The translations under genes and the position numbers were made by a program. Below the pieces are notes generated by a model that worked only from the letters and a program-made list of their open reading frames with translations, did no database searches and had not been told where the DNA came from. Shown here piece after piece: positions 51,691-64,000 of a stretch of 64,000 nt of DNA. The stretch comes from Raja brachyura (Eukaryota): positions 80,600,001 to 80,664,000 of the forward strand of contig OY740784.1 in assembly GCA_963514005.1 (NCBI GenBank). The letters are read 5' to 3'. The first letter of the stretch is position 1. Every line of letters starts with the position of its first letter.

Positions 51691-53719
51691 GTTCCTTCCT
51701 GCAATAAATCGTGAGAGAGTGACCCTCGCATACTTATTCTCCTGATATGTCTTAGATTAAGAAGCCACTCACAGAATGTGAGTGATGATGTTATGTAATT
51801 TAAAACGGTGAATAAAACGTTTCAGAGCTAGCATAGAAATTGAACAAATCTCCGCCTTTAGCCACAATTACCAACCAAAACACAAAAAAAGAACATTTGT
51901 CACAAATACAGTGTCTTTAACTAACTGAAGTACCCCAATGTGTTTTACATTATCAGACAAAGTGGAACAGTGAGCCATCTACGACAAAGTTAGGAGAGAT
52001 GATGAAAGGCTTCGTCAAAGACACATTTAAGGGGGATGCTAAAAGAGGAAAGAGAGTGGGAGATCAGGAAGTAATTGCACAGCTCAGGACCTACAGGAAG
52101 GAAACTATCGTCAATGGTGGAGCGATGGAAATTGGGATTATGAAAGAACGTTGCAAAACTAGTCCTTACCAATAAACAAAATGGTGGAGAAACTCAGAGG
52201 GGTCAGGCATCTGAGGAGGGGAATGGGCAGACGCTGTTTCATGTCGAGATCCTTCTTCCGACTCGTAGGTTGTCTAAGTAGGCAAGTTGATCCAGCAAGA
52301 TATGATTACATGCCTTAATAATATGCCTAGAACTGCTGTACGAGTCTGGTAACAACTGTCCCTCTTACTACAGAAGTTCCCCGATTGCTGCTTTAATTTC
52401 AGATTTCTAGCCTCTGTTGTAACATTTGCAGCAGTTCCCAGAATACACCATGAAAGGTTATACTGGGCAACTGTGACTTTAACTGATTTCAGGATATACC
52501 TCAAGGCCTTGAACGGTGATGTTATTGCAGTAGAAGGTTGGTATCGAAAGACCTTCAAGCAGAAGGGCTGGTGGAGAGGGGAACTGTCTAAACAGAGGCA
52601 GCATCCAAGAGCTGCCTGTTCCATTACAGAAGCAGCAGTTCCTGTCATCATTAACATTCCTTGAACAGAACTGCATTTTCAGGGGCATAATGAGATATGA
52701 AAGACTGTTGATGTTAGGAACTGGTACAAATAAAAACTGCTGGAGGAACTCAGAGGGACCAGGCATCACCTGCAGAAGCAAAGGGATATTTGCGTCTTGA
52801 TTCTGTTGTCAAGGTGGGCTAGGGAAATAGGCATTGATGGACCTTTCAGAACTGCAGGCAACAAACAAGTCGTCACTCAGTGGTCAAGAGAGCAAATTGC
52901 ACATGGCCATTGAAGCTGGCTGCTGCCGCTTAATCTATATACTGCTATCTCCGTGCAGTAATGACCTGGCAACCTCAATACAACATTAACCAAGACTTTC
53001 TAGTCACAGTGGCTCTTTAATGAAGCTATTTATTTAAAGATAGAAGGACCTTGTGTACATATTTTATCTTTTCTGATCTCAGATGCCCAAAATATCCCAC
53101 CGTCTGCAAACTGTACCCACTACTGTATCGTAGGAATTGATTTATGCATAGCATGATCTGGTGAGTTGCTGCAAGGATAAATATTAAAATCATACAGCAA
53201 AGAATCAGGCCCATCGGCCCACGACATCCAACAAGTACACCGGTTGATTACTAATCCTATTTTATCAAGGTCGGTGGCCTTCTATGAATTGGTGATTGAA
53301 GTGCACATCCAGATACATAACAGTTGTGAGTGTCCCTGCCTCCACCACCATCTTAGATTCAAACCACCCACTTGGATGAAAAGTTCTCCCTTACATCCCC
53401 TCTGAACTAATTATGTCTTACTCTAAAATGCTGTCCTTTAGTTTTGACATAAATCTACTGAGGATAATGTTCCTACTAAGTACTCTGCCTCTGCCCCTTG
53501 TTGATCTCCCCTGTTCTCATGGGATTTCTTGCCTGAAAGAGAAGACAGGGCCTCATTTTTCAATCCCTGATCCAAGAACATAACTTTGGGACCAATTGCC
53601 ATTCTTGTTTGTCTACAAATGGTTTTAATGTTAATTCTGCACTCCCTTTAACCCTTTTAATCGCCACCTCTAGCCAGCAGCTGTTCTGCACACACTAGCG
53701 AGCTCTGTCTATCCTCGTG

Positions 53720-53740
53720 CTCTCTCTCTCTCTCTCTCTC
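53720..53740. repeat. (CT)n microsatellite
   Basis: About 10 CT units visible directly. Confidence 0.8.
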
Positions 53741-54556
53741 AATGCACCTTTTGTCTACAAAAAGATGGACAACTGCTTCACTGTCATTCCCAAAATAAAT
53801 GACACGAAAGTCAAAATTTAAAGGCAATTAGCGACTGCGTGTATTTGGAAGAGATGGCAGAGGGAGGAGATTTGGGTTTGGGGGGGCAAAAACATTGTCA
53901 AATCACTATCAATGGAAACTAAGTGATAAGATGATATCATGGCCAGAGAAAAGATGGAGGATGGTGAAAAGCCAATCCCACAAGAAAGGGAGTGCATCGC
54001 TTGGGAATCATTGCAGTTATGTATACATTCCGTGAACGGCTGGAAAAAAAGCCTCATTGGGATCATAAGTACTTTTCCACTCATTCACAAGATTGCAGAT
54101 ATCACTATCAATGCCAGCATTCATTCAACATCCCTTATTGTTCCTGAACATGCCAGTGGGTATGGAATCACATATGGACTAGTCGAGGCTAAGGCAGCCA
54201 GGTCTTATTCTCCAAGGGACATTTGTTAACAGTGCAACTGATCCGGTAGTTTCTTGGTTACCATAACCAGGTCTAGATTTATTCCAGATTTATTAAATGA
54301 TCCATTGATGCAGGAACAAGTGTTAGAGTCTCGCCAGAAGGTTAAATGTAAATATTTAGATAAATCTGGAATGAAAATTAATTTTGATAACAATAAGCAC
54401 GAGACTACAAGATTGGTTTTGTTGTTAGCTAATGCTCATTCAGGACAAGAAATCTGTCCTTCTTATCCAGTCTGGCCCAAATATGATTCCTGACCAACCA
54501 ATATGTTCAGTTAATGCAACTTTGTTAACCTTAGCCCAATGGTTACTCTATCTTTA

Positions 54557-54920
54557 GTGTGTAGGAAGGAACTGCAGATGCTGGTTTATACCAAAGATAG
54601 ACAAGAAGTGCTGGCGTAACTGAGAGGGTCAGGCAGCATCTCTGGAGAAAGAGGATGGGTGATGTTTTGGGTCGGAATCCTTCTTCAGACTGAAAGTAGA
54701 GTGGGGGTGGGGGGGGGGGGGGGGGTGGGGAAGGGAACCTGAGGTAGGAAAAGGCCAGAACATATCTGGGCCGGCAACAGATGATAAAGGCAGGATAGAG
54801 CCCATATTGGCCTGTTTTTGGCGAAGGAAGAAGTGATAACAAAAGGATACAAGTTTGAAAATAGTGGAAAATAGTGGAACTAGTTGGCTGTTTAGGGTGG
54901 AGGGGAGGAGGGGGAGGGAA
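54557..54920 (-). mobile_element. PLE 3' terminal repeat plus UTR (contains a poly-G tract on the + strand)
   Basis: aaggaactgcagatgctgg...ccttcttcagactga followed by a purine-rich tract, as at 20550-20950. Confidence 0.7.
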
Positions 54921-55539
54921 CAGAAGGCCAGTTCAGAACAAGGCGATTATGACCCTGCATTTAATGCTGGACCATTTAAAATATCCCATGCTTGTGAAAC
55001 GATTTTGCATTAATTCTTATCCTTCATTTCCACAGGTGAGACTCAATAGCCTTCCTGTAAGTTCTCTTTCCCAACTGCCTTTGGGATGGAAACCCAATCC
55101 AATCCTTTACAGTTTCCAGCAAACAGCAGTGTTTGCGTGGTAGTCAGGAACTCCAACGCCCACCTGCCTACAGTCAGGGCCGTCACCAGTTTCCTCCAGA
55201 GAGTATGGGGCAATTGGGTTCTCCATTTTAATGTGAGGGAACTTTACGCTAAAGGATGGCATTTCTTCTTTCTCCTGGCCAAGAGGGAAATGACAGGGAT
55301 CACCAGCTCTCAAGCTGCCATTGAGACATTTCTGCATCTCATCCCCTGAGGGTGTGCAAGAGAGACCCACATCATTTGTATATATCTGCCTCAATCCCCC
55401 CCACTCTCTCTAATTGAAGCTTCCAATAGCTACATGACCACCTCTCGATTCATTACAGCTACCGTCTGAAGGGATTACTACAGCTTCAGACCAGTGTCCT
55501 GGAATTGAGGGAAGTAGGCTGAACAGTGACGCAATAATT

Positions 55540-55815
55540 CAGTGGTGCAGCAGTGGAGTTGCTGCCCTACAGCACTAGAGACCCAGGTTTGATCCTGACT
55601 GGTGGTGTCTGTACATAGCCTGCATGTTCTCACCGTGACAGCGTGGGTTTTCACCCGGTGCTCCCGTTTCCTCCCACGTTTCAAAGATGTGCAGGTTTGT
55701 AAGTTAATTGACTTCTATAAATTGTCGCTAGTGTGTAGGCACGGGTAATCATTGGTCGGTGTGGACTCAGGTGGGTTGAAGGGACCATTTCCACGCTGTA
55801 TCGCTAAACTAAACA
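55540..55815 (+). mobile_element. HE1-like SINE
   Basis: gtggtgcagcagtggagttgctgccc...ccaggtttgatcc head; tttccacgctgtatcgctaaactaaac tail. Confidence 0.8.
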
Positions 55816-56119
55816 GGGATGGGGCTCAAAGAAATTGCCATTCATTTGCAGGAAAAAAACACAGAAAATTGCAACCCTTAGCTTTTGGCAGTTAAAATGA
55901 AAAGGTTCCAAATCTAATTTTAAGATCAAGCAATCTTTCACAAATTAAAGTGAGGTGTGAAATCAAAATTAGCAAGATAATTACAATGTTTAGAAGACAG
56001 ATGGATATGAATCATTAAGTGGGATATAGGGAAAACAAAGACAAATTGAATCAGTATAGATGAGCATTTAAACTGGCTTGGATGAGTTGGTCGGAAGGGC
56101 CACTTATTCTGGTGTGTTA

Positions 56120-56269
56120 TGCCCCTGTACCACTTAGGAAACCTGAACGGAAACCTCTTTCGACCATTAGGGAGACTGAGAAAAACCTCCGGGAACCGCA
56201 CGGAAACCTTGGGTGGGGCGCAAAGTCTCCAGAGGTTTCCGTTCAGGTTTCCTACGTGGGACAGGGGCA
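56120..56269. mobile_element. 150-bp MITE with about 39-bp TIRs
   Basis: tgcccctgtaccacttaggaaacctgaacggaaacctct and agaggtttccgttcaggtttcctacgtgggacaggggca. Flanks are TTA and TAA. Confidence 0.85.
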
Positions 56270-57420
56270 TAACTATGAATCTATATCTACACTCTGCACT
56301 AAAATCAGAGCAACACAACGTATTTATGAGATATTTTCAGGTGATCTGAAGAATACTGGGTCAACTAAACCCTCCTTCAGCCGGGGTAGGTGGAGGTGAG
56401 GGAGGAAGGTGGCCTGTACCACAGACAGGGCTGGGAGGGTGGAGTGGACAGGGGGGCAGAGGACAGGGCCCTTCTGGTGCCACTCACAGGGGATTGCAGC
56501 TGCATTAGAAGATTTGCATTTATTTTACGCCTATTACAACCTTAAAATGCTTCGGCAACCTTACATTCCCCGTAAATGAGATGGTTCGGGGGACAATTTG
56601 TGCCGTGTAAGATCTCACCAACAGCTCTGTTGATGAGTTTTAATTACATTGATTGGGGGGGGGGGGGGGGGGGTGGATAATTACTGTGCACAGAGCACCG
56701 TGCAGAACTCCCCCTTTGAGATGGAGGCATGCAATTCTGCTGCACCCAGCAGAGATTTTGTGGGGCCCTGGTTCAGTGTTGCAGTCAGAAAGGGGGAAAA
56801 AGGCTCTCGCGGAGCGGCACACGCTCTGTGCTGGCACTGAGAGGGTCAGCCTCGCTCTGCACAAAGACAAAGGCTCCACTCTCGCAGCCTTGCCCTTTCT
56901 GTAAGTTGGTACACAAGTGGCCCAAATGTAAACCGCAACAACAAGACAATGTTGTCCGAGGGAAGAAGACAGCAGTAGTGATGGGTGATTCTTCCGGACA
57001 ATGCCCTCCTTTGAGGCCCAGTGGCCCAGTGACAAAAGCTGCTCACACAGCAGTTAGTTACACTTAGTACCAGCTCGAGTTAGCTGCAGCTTTCGCCTTC
57101 GTTTCTACAGCACGCTTTTGTCTGATGAAATAAGACTTGTACGGGCTTCTAGGTAGTGGCTGAGGGGGACGAATGAAAGAAAGATGAGGTTATACACTCA
57201 CAGCTGAATTTGGGGATGCCTCAAGGAAGGTGCGAGGGATTCAAAAGATGCAGGATCAGTTTGGAATGGAGAACTCGGCACAGACCTTTGATTCAGCATC
57301 TTGTAAGAGCTGCAGTCACCGCACACACATTAACAACCCAAGGGCTGCGTGTTTTGCTTCATGATATAGGCGTTAGCAGTAGTTGAATGGGTAATGCTGT
57401 CACCTCAGCAAATTTTACTG

Positions 57421-57688
57421 GGCGGCACTGTGGAGCAGCGGTAGAGTTGCTGCCTCACAGCACCAGAGACCCAGGTTCGACCCCGACTTCGGGTGATGTC
57501 TGTGTGGAGTTTGTACACTCAGTGTTCCAGTTTCCTCTCGCACTCCAAAGACATACGGATTTGTAGGATAATTGACCACTAAATTGGCCCAATTTGTGTA
57601 GGATAGAACTAATGTACAGATCATCGCTGGTCGGCATGGATTTGGTGGGCCAAAGTGTCGGTTTCCACGCTATATCTCTAAAGTCTAA
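57421..57688 (+). mobile_element. HE1-like SINE
   Basis: ggcggcactgtggagcagcggtagagttgctgcctcacagcaccagagacccaggttcgacccc head; tctctaaagtctaaa tail. Confidence 0.8.
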
Positions 57689-59214
57689 ATCCTATCCCAG
57701 GGACCCAAGTACAAGGATCTAAACTGATGCTAGAGTTTAGTTCTGATGGTGTACAGCTCTGTCTTCTCGATCAACTGCAAAATGAAGACGGGCTCTACTC
57801 TCCCAGGTAGATGTAAAGGATTGCACAGCCTTTCCCTCATTACCAAGGTTAATATTTATTTACCAATAAATACATTATTTGGACAATTCTACATCGTTTA
57901 GTGGCTTTCTGTAACAAAAAAAGGGTTGCTGTGCTTTTCATTTTACAGAGTATCTCATTGACTGCTGAGTGTTTTTGGGAAGCACTGAAATCAAAGAGGT
58001 ACAGGTTTGCCTTACTTTGATCAAGTTCTGATGAGAGGTCATTGACCCAAACAAATAACTATTTCTGTCTCCACATACACTGCCTGGCTTGCTGAGTGCT
58101 TCCAACATTTTCCAATTTAATTTCAGATGTCTGCTACTATTGCAAATACAGTGAGCAACCTGTTGGACTACAAAACCCACAGACAGTTTCATGCAGATAA
58201 TAATCAATCACAAGGCCATATTTTCTATCTCATTTCCACCACATGAACAAATCACCCAACATAAGCTACAGTGATAGAAATAACCAGTCTGCTCATGTAC
58301 CCAACTATAATGCTTCAATGGTACTTTATTGTAACAAGGACAGTGAAACACCTTTTTGCATATAATTCTGTAAAAATATCGCCAGGCACAATCATAGTTT
58401 AGTAGAAATGTGTAGGAATACTACACTGTGACAGTGTACAAGAGTCGCCATGTTTCTGATGTCATTTTTCATGATTCAAGTCTAAAGTTGTAATAAATGT
58501 TGAGCTCTTAACTTGGTCACAAAGGCCCATTGTCCTGGCGACTTTGCAGATTGCATCACATGTATCCGAGTATCTACAAACACTCCCGCAAGGTCTGAGA
58601 CTGTTCTCAACCCCAATCTGCTGGATAGACGTTCCCTAAACCACTTCCCTGGAGATTCCCAACAACGCCTTCCCCATCCTCACCTGCAATCAATCACAGT
58701 AGTCATCTCCATATTTGACCACTGATGATAATCTGAAACATTCCTTAAATACTCAGTTGCCAAAGGATCACTCAAGCCTCCAATAAGTGTAATAGTCTCT
58801 GCAAATTACTGTGCTCACACATTTGCCTCAATGGATATTTCCTTCCATTGGAGAGAGTGGATGTAGTCGCTCCAGTGAGGTATGGTCAGGTACAAGCCAA
58901 GAATAATTTTCTATAAATAGAATACATAAACAAAACACAAAAACTAGTTTTAAAATTATTATTTATCTGTGCTTTTCAGAGAAAAAACAATTATTGCTTT
59001 GTTGCCTTCAGGGAAGTTTGTGAAAACATTGATAAATCTTATTTGCATCCTCCCCAATGTGCTGTCAAGGATGGAGACGTTTTCTTGCAAAGAAAGACTT
59101 GTCAGGATTATTTTTTTAGAGCTGTGACAGGCAAGGGATGATTTAATCTGGTGCATAACATGTTGAAAGATCAAGATTAAGTGAATAAATCAAATCTATT
59201 TATACTCTCATCGG

Positions 59215-59640
59215 TTTATACTCTCTAGAATTTAGGAGATTGAGAGGGGATCTTATAAAAACTTACAAAATTCTTAAGGGGTTGGACAGGCTAGATGCAG
59301 GAAGATTGTTCCCGATGTTGGGGAGGTCCAGGACAAGGGGTCACAGCTTAAGGATAAGGGGGAAATCCTTTAGGACCGAGATGAGAAGGAATTTTTTCAC
59401 ACAGAGAGTGGTGGGTCTCTGGAACTCTCTGCCACAGAGGGTAGTTGAGGCCAGTTCATTGGCTATATTTAAGAGGGAGTTAGATGTGGCCCTTGTGGCT
59501 AAGGGGATCAGAGGGTATGGAGAGAAGGCAGGTACGGGATACTGAGTTGGATGATCAGCCATGATCATATTGAATGGCGGTGCAGGCTCGAAGGGCCGAA
59601 TGGCCTACTCCTGCACCTAATTTCCATGTCTATGTTTCTA
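59215..59640 (+). mobile_element. Young 5'-truncated CR1 LINE (ORF2 C-terminus plus 3' UTR)
   Basis: Uninterrupted RGDLIKTYKILKGLDRLDAGRLFP...TRGHSLRI...RRNFFTQRVVGLWNSLPQ. Tail ggccgaatggcctactcctgcacc...tctatgtttcta. Confidence 0.9.
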
Positions 59641-60310
59641 TTTCCACACAACAGAGGGGATAAGAGGATTGGCAGGGAGTTGGAGAGAAATTCATGCCAT
59701 TCACTGCCAGAAAGGGTGGAAAAATCAGATCTCACCATATTCCTTTAGAAGCTCAGGATACAGTATAACCTGCAGGGGTAGAGTTAGAAATAAAGAAATG
59801 CAGATGCTGTTTCGCACACAAATGGACACAAAGTGCTGGAGTAACTCAGTAGGTCAAGCAGCATCTCTAGAGAATATGGATAGGCGACGCTTCGGCTCGA
59901 GACCCTTCTTCAGACCCTGAAGGGTCTTGACCTAAAATGTCACCTATCCATGTTCTCCAGAGATACTGCTCGATTGCTGTTACACCAGCACTGTGTCCTT
60001 TTGTAGGATGGAGATAGAACCATGAAGATGAGTTAGTCTAATTAACTCACAATTGAGAGCTTCCCCTGTGCATTGCACTTGTAATTTCAATATAGCCCTT
60101 CTTTTGGAACTCTCTCACCTTCCAAATCAGTTCTGCTGAGGACCAATACAAGGCTTGTTGCAGAGCCACTGCCAATGTGCCAAAAGTGATTAAAACCTTC
60201 AGAGATATTCATGGTAATTGTATGCATTCAGGGAAAAGATCACAAGCCAGAAAAATAAGAGGATCAAAAAAAAGACACACCTATTCCGAGAAGTTGCTTT
60301 GAGGAGGTTG

Positions 60311-60341
60311 GTGGGGGGGGTGGGGGGGGGGGGGGGGGGGG
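60311..60341. repeat. Poly-G tract (similar tracts at about 6945-6970, 54700-54730 and 56655-56673; poly-C at about 61416-61435)
   Basis: Long G runs visible directly. Confidence 0.8.
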
Positions 60342-63300
60342 TGCAGAGGTCCCCAGGAAGAATCCGAAAGTGTGGAAATCGAAAAGAAAACTCCAGATGC
60401 TAGGAATCTGAAATAACAAAAGAAAATGGTGGAAATGCTCAGCAAGCCGGGCAGCATCTTTGGAGAATGAAGCAGAGTTGAGACCTTGTATTAGAACTGG
60501 GCCTCGGGGTCTGGCCATCAATTGTGGCAAAGGGGTGGAGATGCACAAAAGGACAGAGTCAGGGGTCAGTGAGGTTGAGATGATTACAAAGAAAGACTCA
60601 GAGGTTTTTGATTTAGCCACTGAAGAACATGGAACAGCTACATAATGAGGACAAGGGAGGTGGGTGGAGACGTCTGTGGCAGAGTTTTGAATATAAGCTG
60701 GTGTTCTCCAAGAAATGGAAGCTGCACAATGGGACTCTGGAATTGAATGCAGAAGAGATAAAAATAAAATGTTGGACCAATAAACACATTACGTTGTAGA
60801 TGGATGCAGGGCTACATAAAAAGAGCAGGATTAGGCTGTTGAATCTGCTTCCCATGCAATATAATAATCGCTGATCTTTCATCTCAACACTATATTCCAG
60901 TACTCTCCCCAAGCTCCTTTATGTCATGTACCTGGAAACTTTTGTCCTTCTGAAACTATATATTCTAACCTGGCTTCCAGAGCCTTCAGTGGGAGAGGTT
61001 CACGGATTCACCCCCCTCTTGAAGAGGCTCTTCACATTTAATTCCTAAATGGATCCCTAGACCTCTGTTCGAAGCCCCCGCAAGTCAGTACCCCCGGCCT
61101 GGTCATCTCCATACTTGTACACGATCAAACGCCTGCAGAACTTTACATTTTAATGATAGTCTCTGTCCCAATCCTAAACTTGAGTTTGAACCAACTCTAA
61201 CTACTAGCCTCGTCATTCCAACCTTCAGTTTATTCAATAATCATAACATCCTCTATTCCGACAGCCAGTTCAAATTTCAATAATGTCTTATGACTGTAAA
61301 TGATTGAATTTGGCCACGAGGAAGAGTTGATATGAATTGAGAAGCACAGGGCACGAGATGGCAAAGATAACTGATCTTCTAAGAAGATTATGCACACATA
61401 GAAGAGCTGTGATTCCCCTCCCCCCCCCCCCCCCCAGTTAATAATTCCCTCTGAATAATTAACTTGGAGGCTGGGGGGGAGTGGGGAAATCACAGTTCTT
61501 CTATGCCTGGATACCAAACCAGCAGCCCTGCAACCTTAAAGCACTGGATAGTTTCACCAGCCAGTTGATGGATGTGGAATCCATGCTCAAGACCAACAAA
61601 AGCAACAGTTGCAAAACAGGGGGCTTTTTCTGTTTTGCATCAACTGTCTTGGAAATCAGAGACGGGGAGGATGGATTAATTCCACATGATATCCTAAAAT
61701 GACCGTGCAGGGATGCCATGAGAAGCAGGGAGATCTGGACCTCAATTGGACTGGGAGGTCACCCTGACTTGCTCCAATTGATAATTATTCCAGAATCTCG
61801 AGGAATAACTTGAGTTTACATGCTTGGCTCCCACACACTCAAACATAAATAATCTGACTGAAATGTTGAAAATGCGAGAAGGCCTCCATAGGAACAGTAC
61901 AGAAATTTTGGGGAATCAAGAATGACAGGACAGACTAGAGAAAATTAAGTCAAGTGGTACATTAAACCACTGAGGAGTGTGGAGGTTTCAAGGTCTCCCT
62001 AACAGAAGACAGTGGAAGTTGATTAAAGGCTACAAGTTGCATGCTCACATTTACTCAACTTCCACTTTAGAACACAAGACAATATGAGCAGGAGCAGGCC
62101 ATCTGGCCCCTCGAGCCTGTCCCACCATTCATTTTGTTTATTCCAGATCCATTTCCTCCCTTAATTCATCTTCAGTGCCACATTTCCAAAACCATCCGCT
62201 CCACAAATATTTTTCCAATTCCATCTTAAGAATACCTAATGATCTGTCCTCCACCAATCTCAGCAATACGTACTCCAGAGTTTCAACACCCTCGGAAAGA
62301 AGGACAATAGCAGTTCAAAAGGGAATCTTTAGCACCTGCCCGAGGGGGATGGTGGGGGCAGATACTGAATACTTAAGTAGTGTCTGAAGGAGCACTTGAA
62401 TTGTCAAGGCATAAAAGGATATGGACAAAGTTCCAGTAAAATTTGGAGGTGGAGATCAGCCATGATTGAATGGTGGAGTGGACTCAATGGGCCTAATGGC
62501 CTACAGTAATTCTACTATCATTTGAACTTGTGAAAAAGTTCTACTATAACTTGTGAACTTGTGATTAGAATAAAAAAGTAATTGATGAGAAAAATCAAAT
62601 TTGAAGATAAAGATCGAGTTTATTCAACTACCTGAATCCTAACCTGCACTGCCAAATAGCCTCTGTCCAGGCTTGTTCATCTACATTGGATCATAGCTAA
62701 GCCTCACCCACCATTTCAAACTCTTCATTCTTGTTTTCAAATCCCTCAGTGGCCTCAGCCACCCACTGAACTCTTGCCCTAAAAGCCACACAACATCCTG
62801 TTTTCCTCAAATCCCAGCCTCCTGGTCATCCGCAAATTTAAAATCATTCCACCACTTGGAGCCACAACGTTTGCTGTCAAGATCCTAAGCCGAAGAATAC
62901 TCTTGAACCTCTCTTTTCTCCTTCAAGACACTCCCTTAAATATAAATACTTGATCTTTTTTTTGTCACCTACTTCCAGTATCGCCATCGGTGGTTAGGTG
63001 CCATATTTTCCCGATGAACATTTAAGTGAAACCTTGAGTTGATTTGCCCAGGAAAAGGAGATTAATAAAAGTTAGCTCCTTCTCTAATAACATTAAAGGT
63101 TAAAATAACTTTTAATTTCCCTTCTGTGCACTTATTGCTTCTCTCTTGAACTATACAAAACAAAAAATTGGTGTCAACATCGCACAAGATTAACCTGCAA
63201 ACTAGTGAATGCTAACTCACAGGCCACACTTTTGGTGCAAAAGATGCGAGGACAGGATCACACCTCCGCATTCCTGGCTAAGAACATCGAGAAGTCTAAT

Positions 63301-63833
63301 TACAAAATGATACAACTTCTCTTTCCCACAAGTGTAGCAAGGCCTAACTGTACCTAAAATAACAGGGGCTGTGTGTTTACACAGGATAGGATGTGTGGTC
63401 CATGAGTCCAGCTAGTTGAGCCACTGCCTCACAGCACCAGAGACCTGGGTCCAATCCAGACCTTGGATGCTGTCTTTGTGGTGTTTCTCCTCATAACCAT
63501 GCAAGTTCCCTCTATAATGGGTTTGCTCTGTGACTCATAGACTCAATGTAGAGAATGGCATCCAATGTTGAAAGGAAATAGGAAATATAGAGGCTGTAGG
63601 TGCAAGTGACTCAAGCTCAAAGATCTAAGCAGACAGGCCAATGCAGTACTGAAGGAGTGCCACATTGCGGGTGGTATTATTTATTTGCAAATACATTAAA
63701 CTAAGTTTATAACATTTTCCAGGGTGGAACTCTGAAGATAAGATGGGGTATCTTATTCTACATTTACCCCTCAATCAACATGATTAAAACAGGCCAACCA
63801 ACCAATATCGTAGTGTAGCTAGAAGATAGACAA

Positions 63834-63965
63834 TCTGAAGAAGGGTCGCAGCCCAAACACCACCCATTCCTTCTCTCCAAAGATGCTGCCTGTCCCGTTG
63901 AGTGACTCCAGTAATTTTGTGTCTATCTTCGGTGTAAACCAGCGTCTGCAGTTCCTTCCTACACA
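63834..63965 (+). mobile_element. PLE-derived short repeat
   Basis: tctgaagaagggtc...cccattccttctctcca..gatgctgcc...ctgcagttccttcctacaca; same family as 9706-9840. Confidence 0.7.
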
Positions 63966-64000
63966 TTCGCATTGGAGCCAACTGTAAATATTGGCTGTTG

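Noticed and set aside
56120-56269. Hairpin as a possible miRNA precursor
   Set aside because: Its termini match the MITE family, which explains the inverted repeat; no small-RNA evidence is available.
30000-64000. Upstream Golli coding exons (MGNH... and ...EDNEVF-like)
   Set aside because: No matching peptide with splice sites found by eye. They are probably beyond the window, though a diverged exon could have been missed.
1-64000. An LTR/endogenous retrovirus-derived RetroMyelin-like element at the MBP locus
   Set aside because: No LTR pair, primer-binding site or gag/pol remnant recognised; only non-LTR and DNA elements are visible.

Overview
Vertebrate genomic DNA that is AT-rich and repeat-dense. 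The MBP peptide and repeat types point to a cartilaginous fish, most likely a skate or ray; this comes from recall, not a database search. The window lies within the Golli-MBP (myelin basic protein) transcription unit on the minus strand. Four coding exons read directly with canonical AG/GT sites: the Golli/MBP exon 1 (29893-29439, classic MBP ATG at 29573), then 6635-6531, 4050-4018 and 3350-3309. Spliced in frame, the classic part gives [45 protein letters not shown]|[35 protein letters not shown]|MSPKKVPVQQK|GMFGASRAITKFIW. I could not find the C-terminal MBP exons or the upstream Golli exons, which probably lie outside the window. The rest is intron filled with tRNA-derived SINEs, CR1, Rex/Babar and RTE LINE fragments, Penelope-like element (PLE) 3' ends with a hammerhead-like core, and non-autonomous DNA transposons. 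Highlights: a read-through C-terminus (VSSEG*) resembling mammalian Golli BG21/HOG5, an exon that may double as the MBP promoter, SoxE/EGR motif clusters upstream, and a dense family of minimal hammerhead-like PLE remnants. I see no firm evidence of a wholly new biological system. Most listed ORFs are spurious or repeat-derived.
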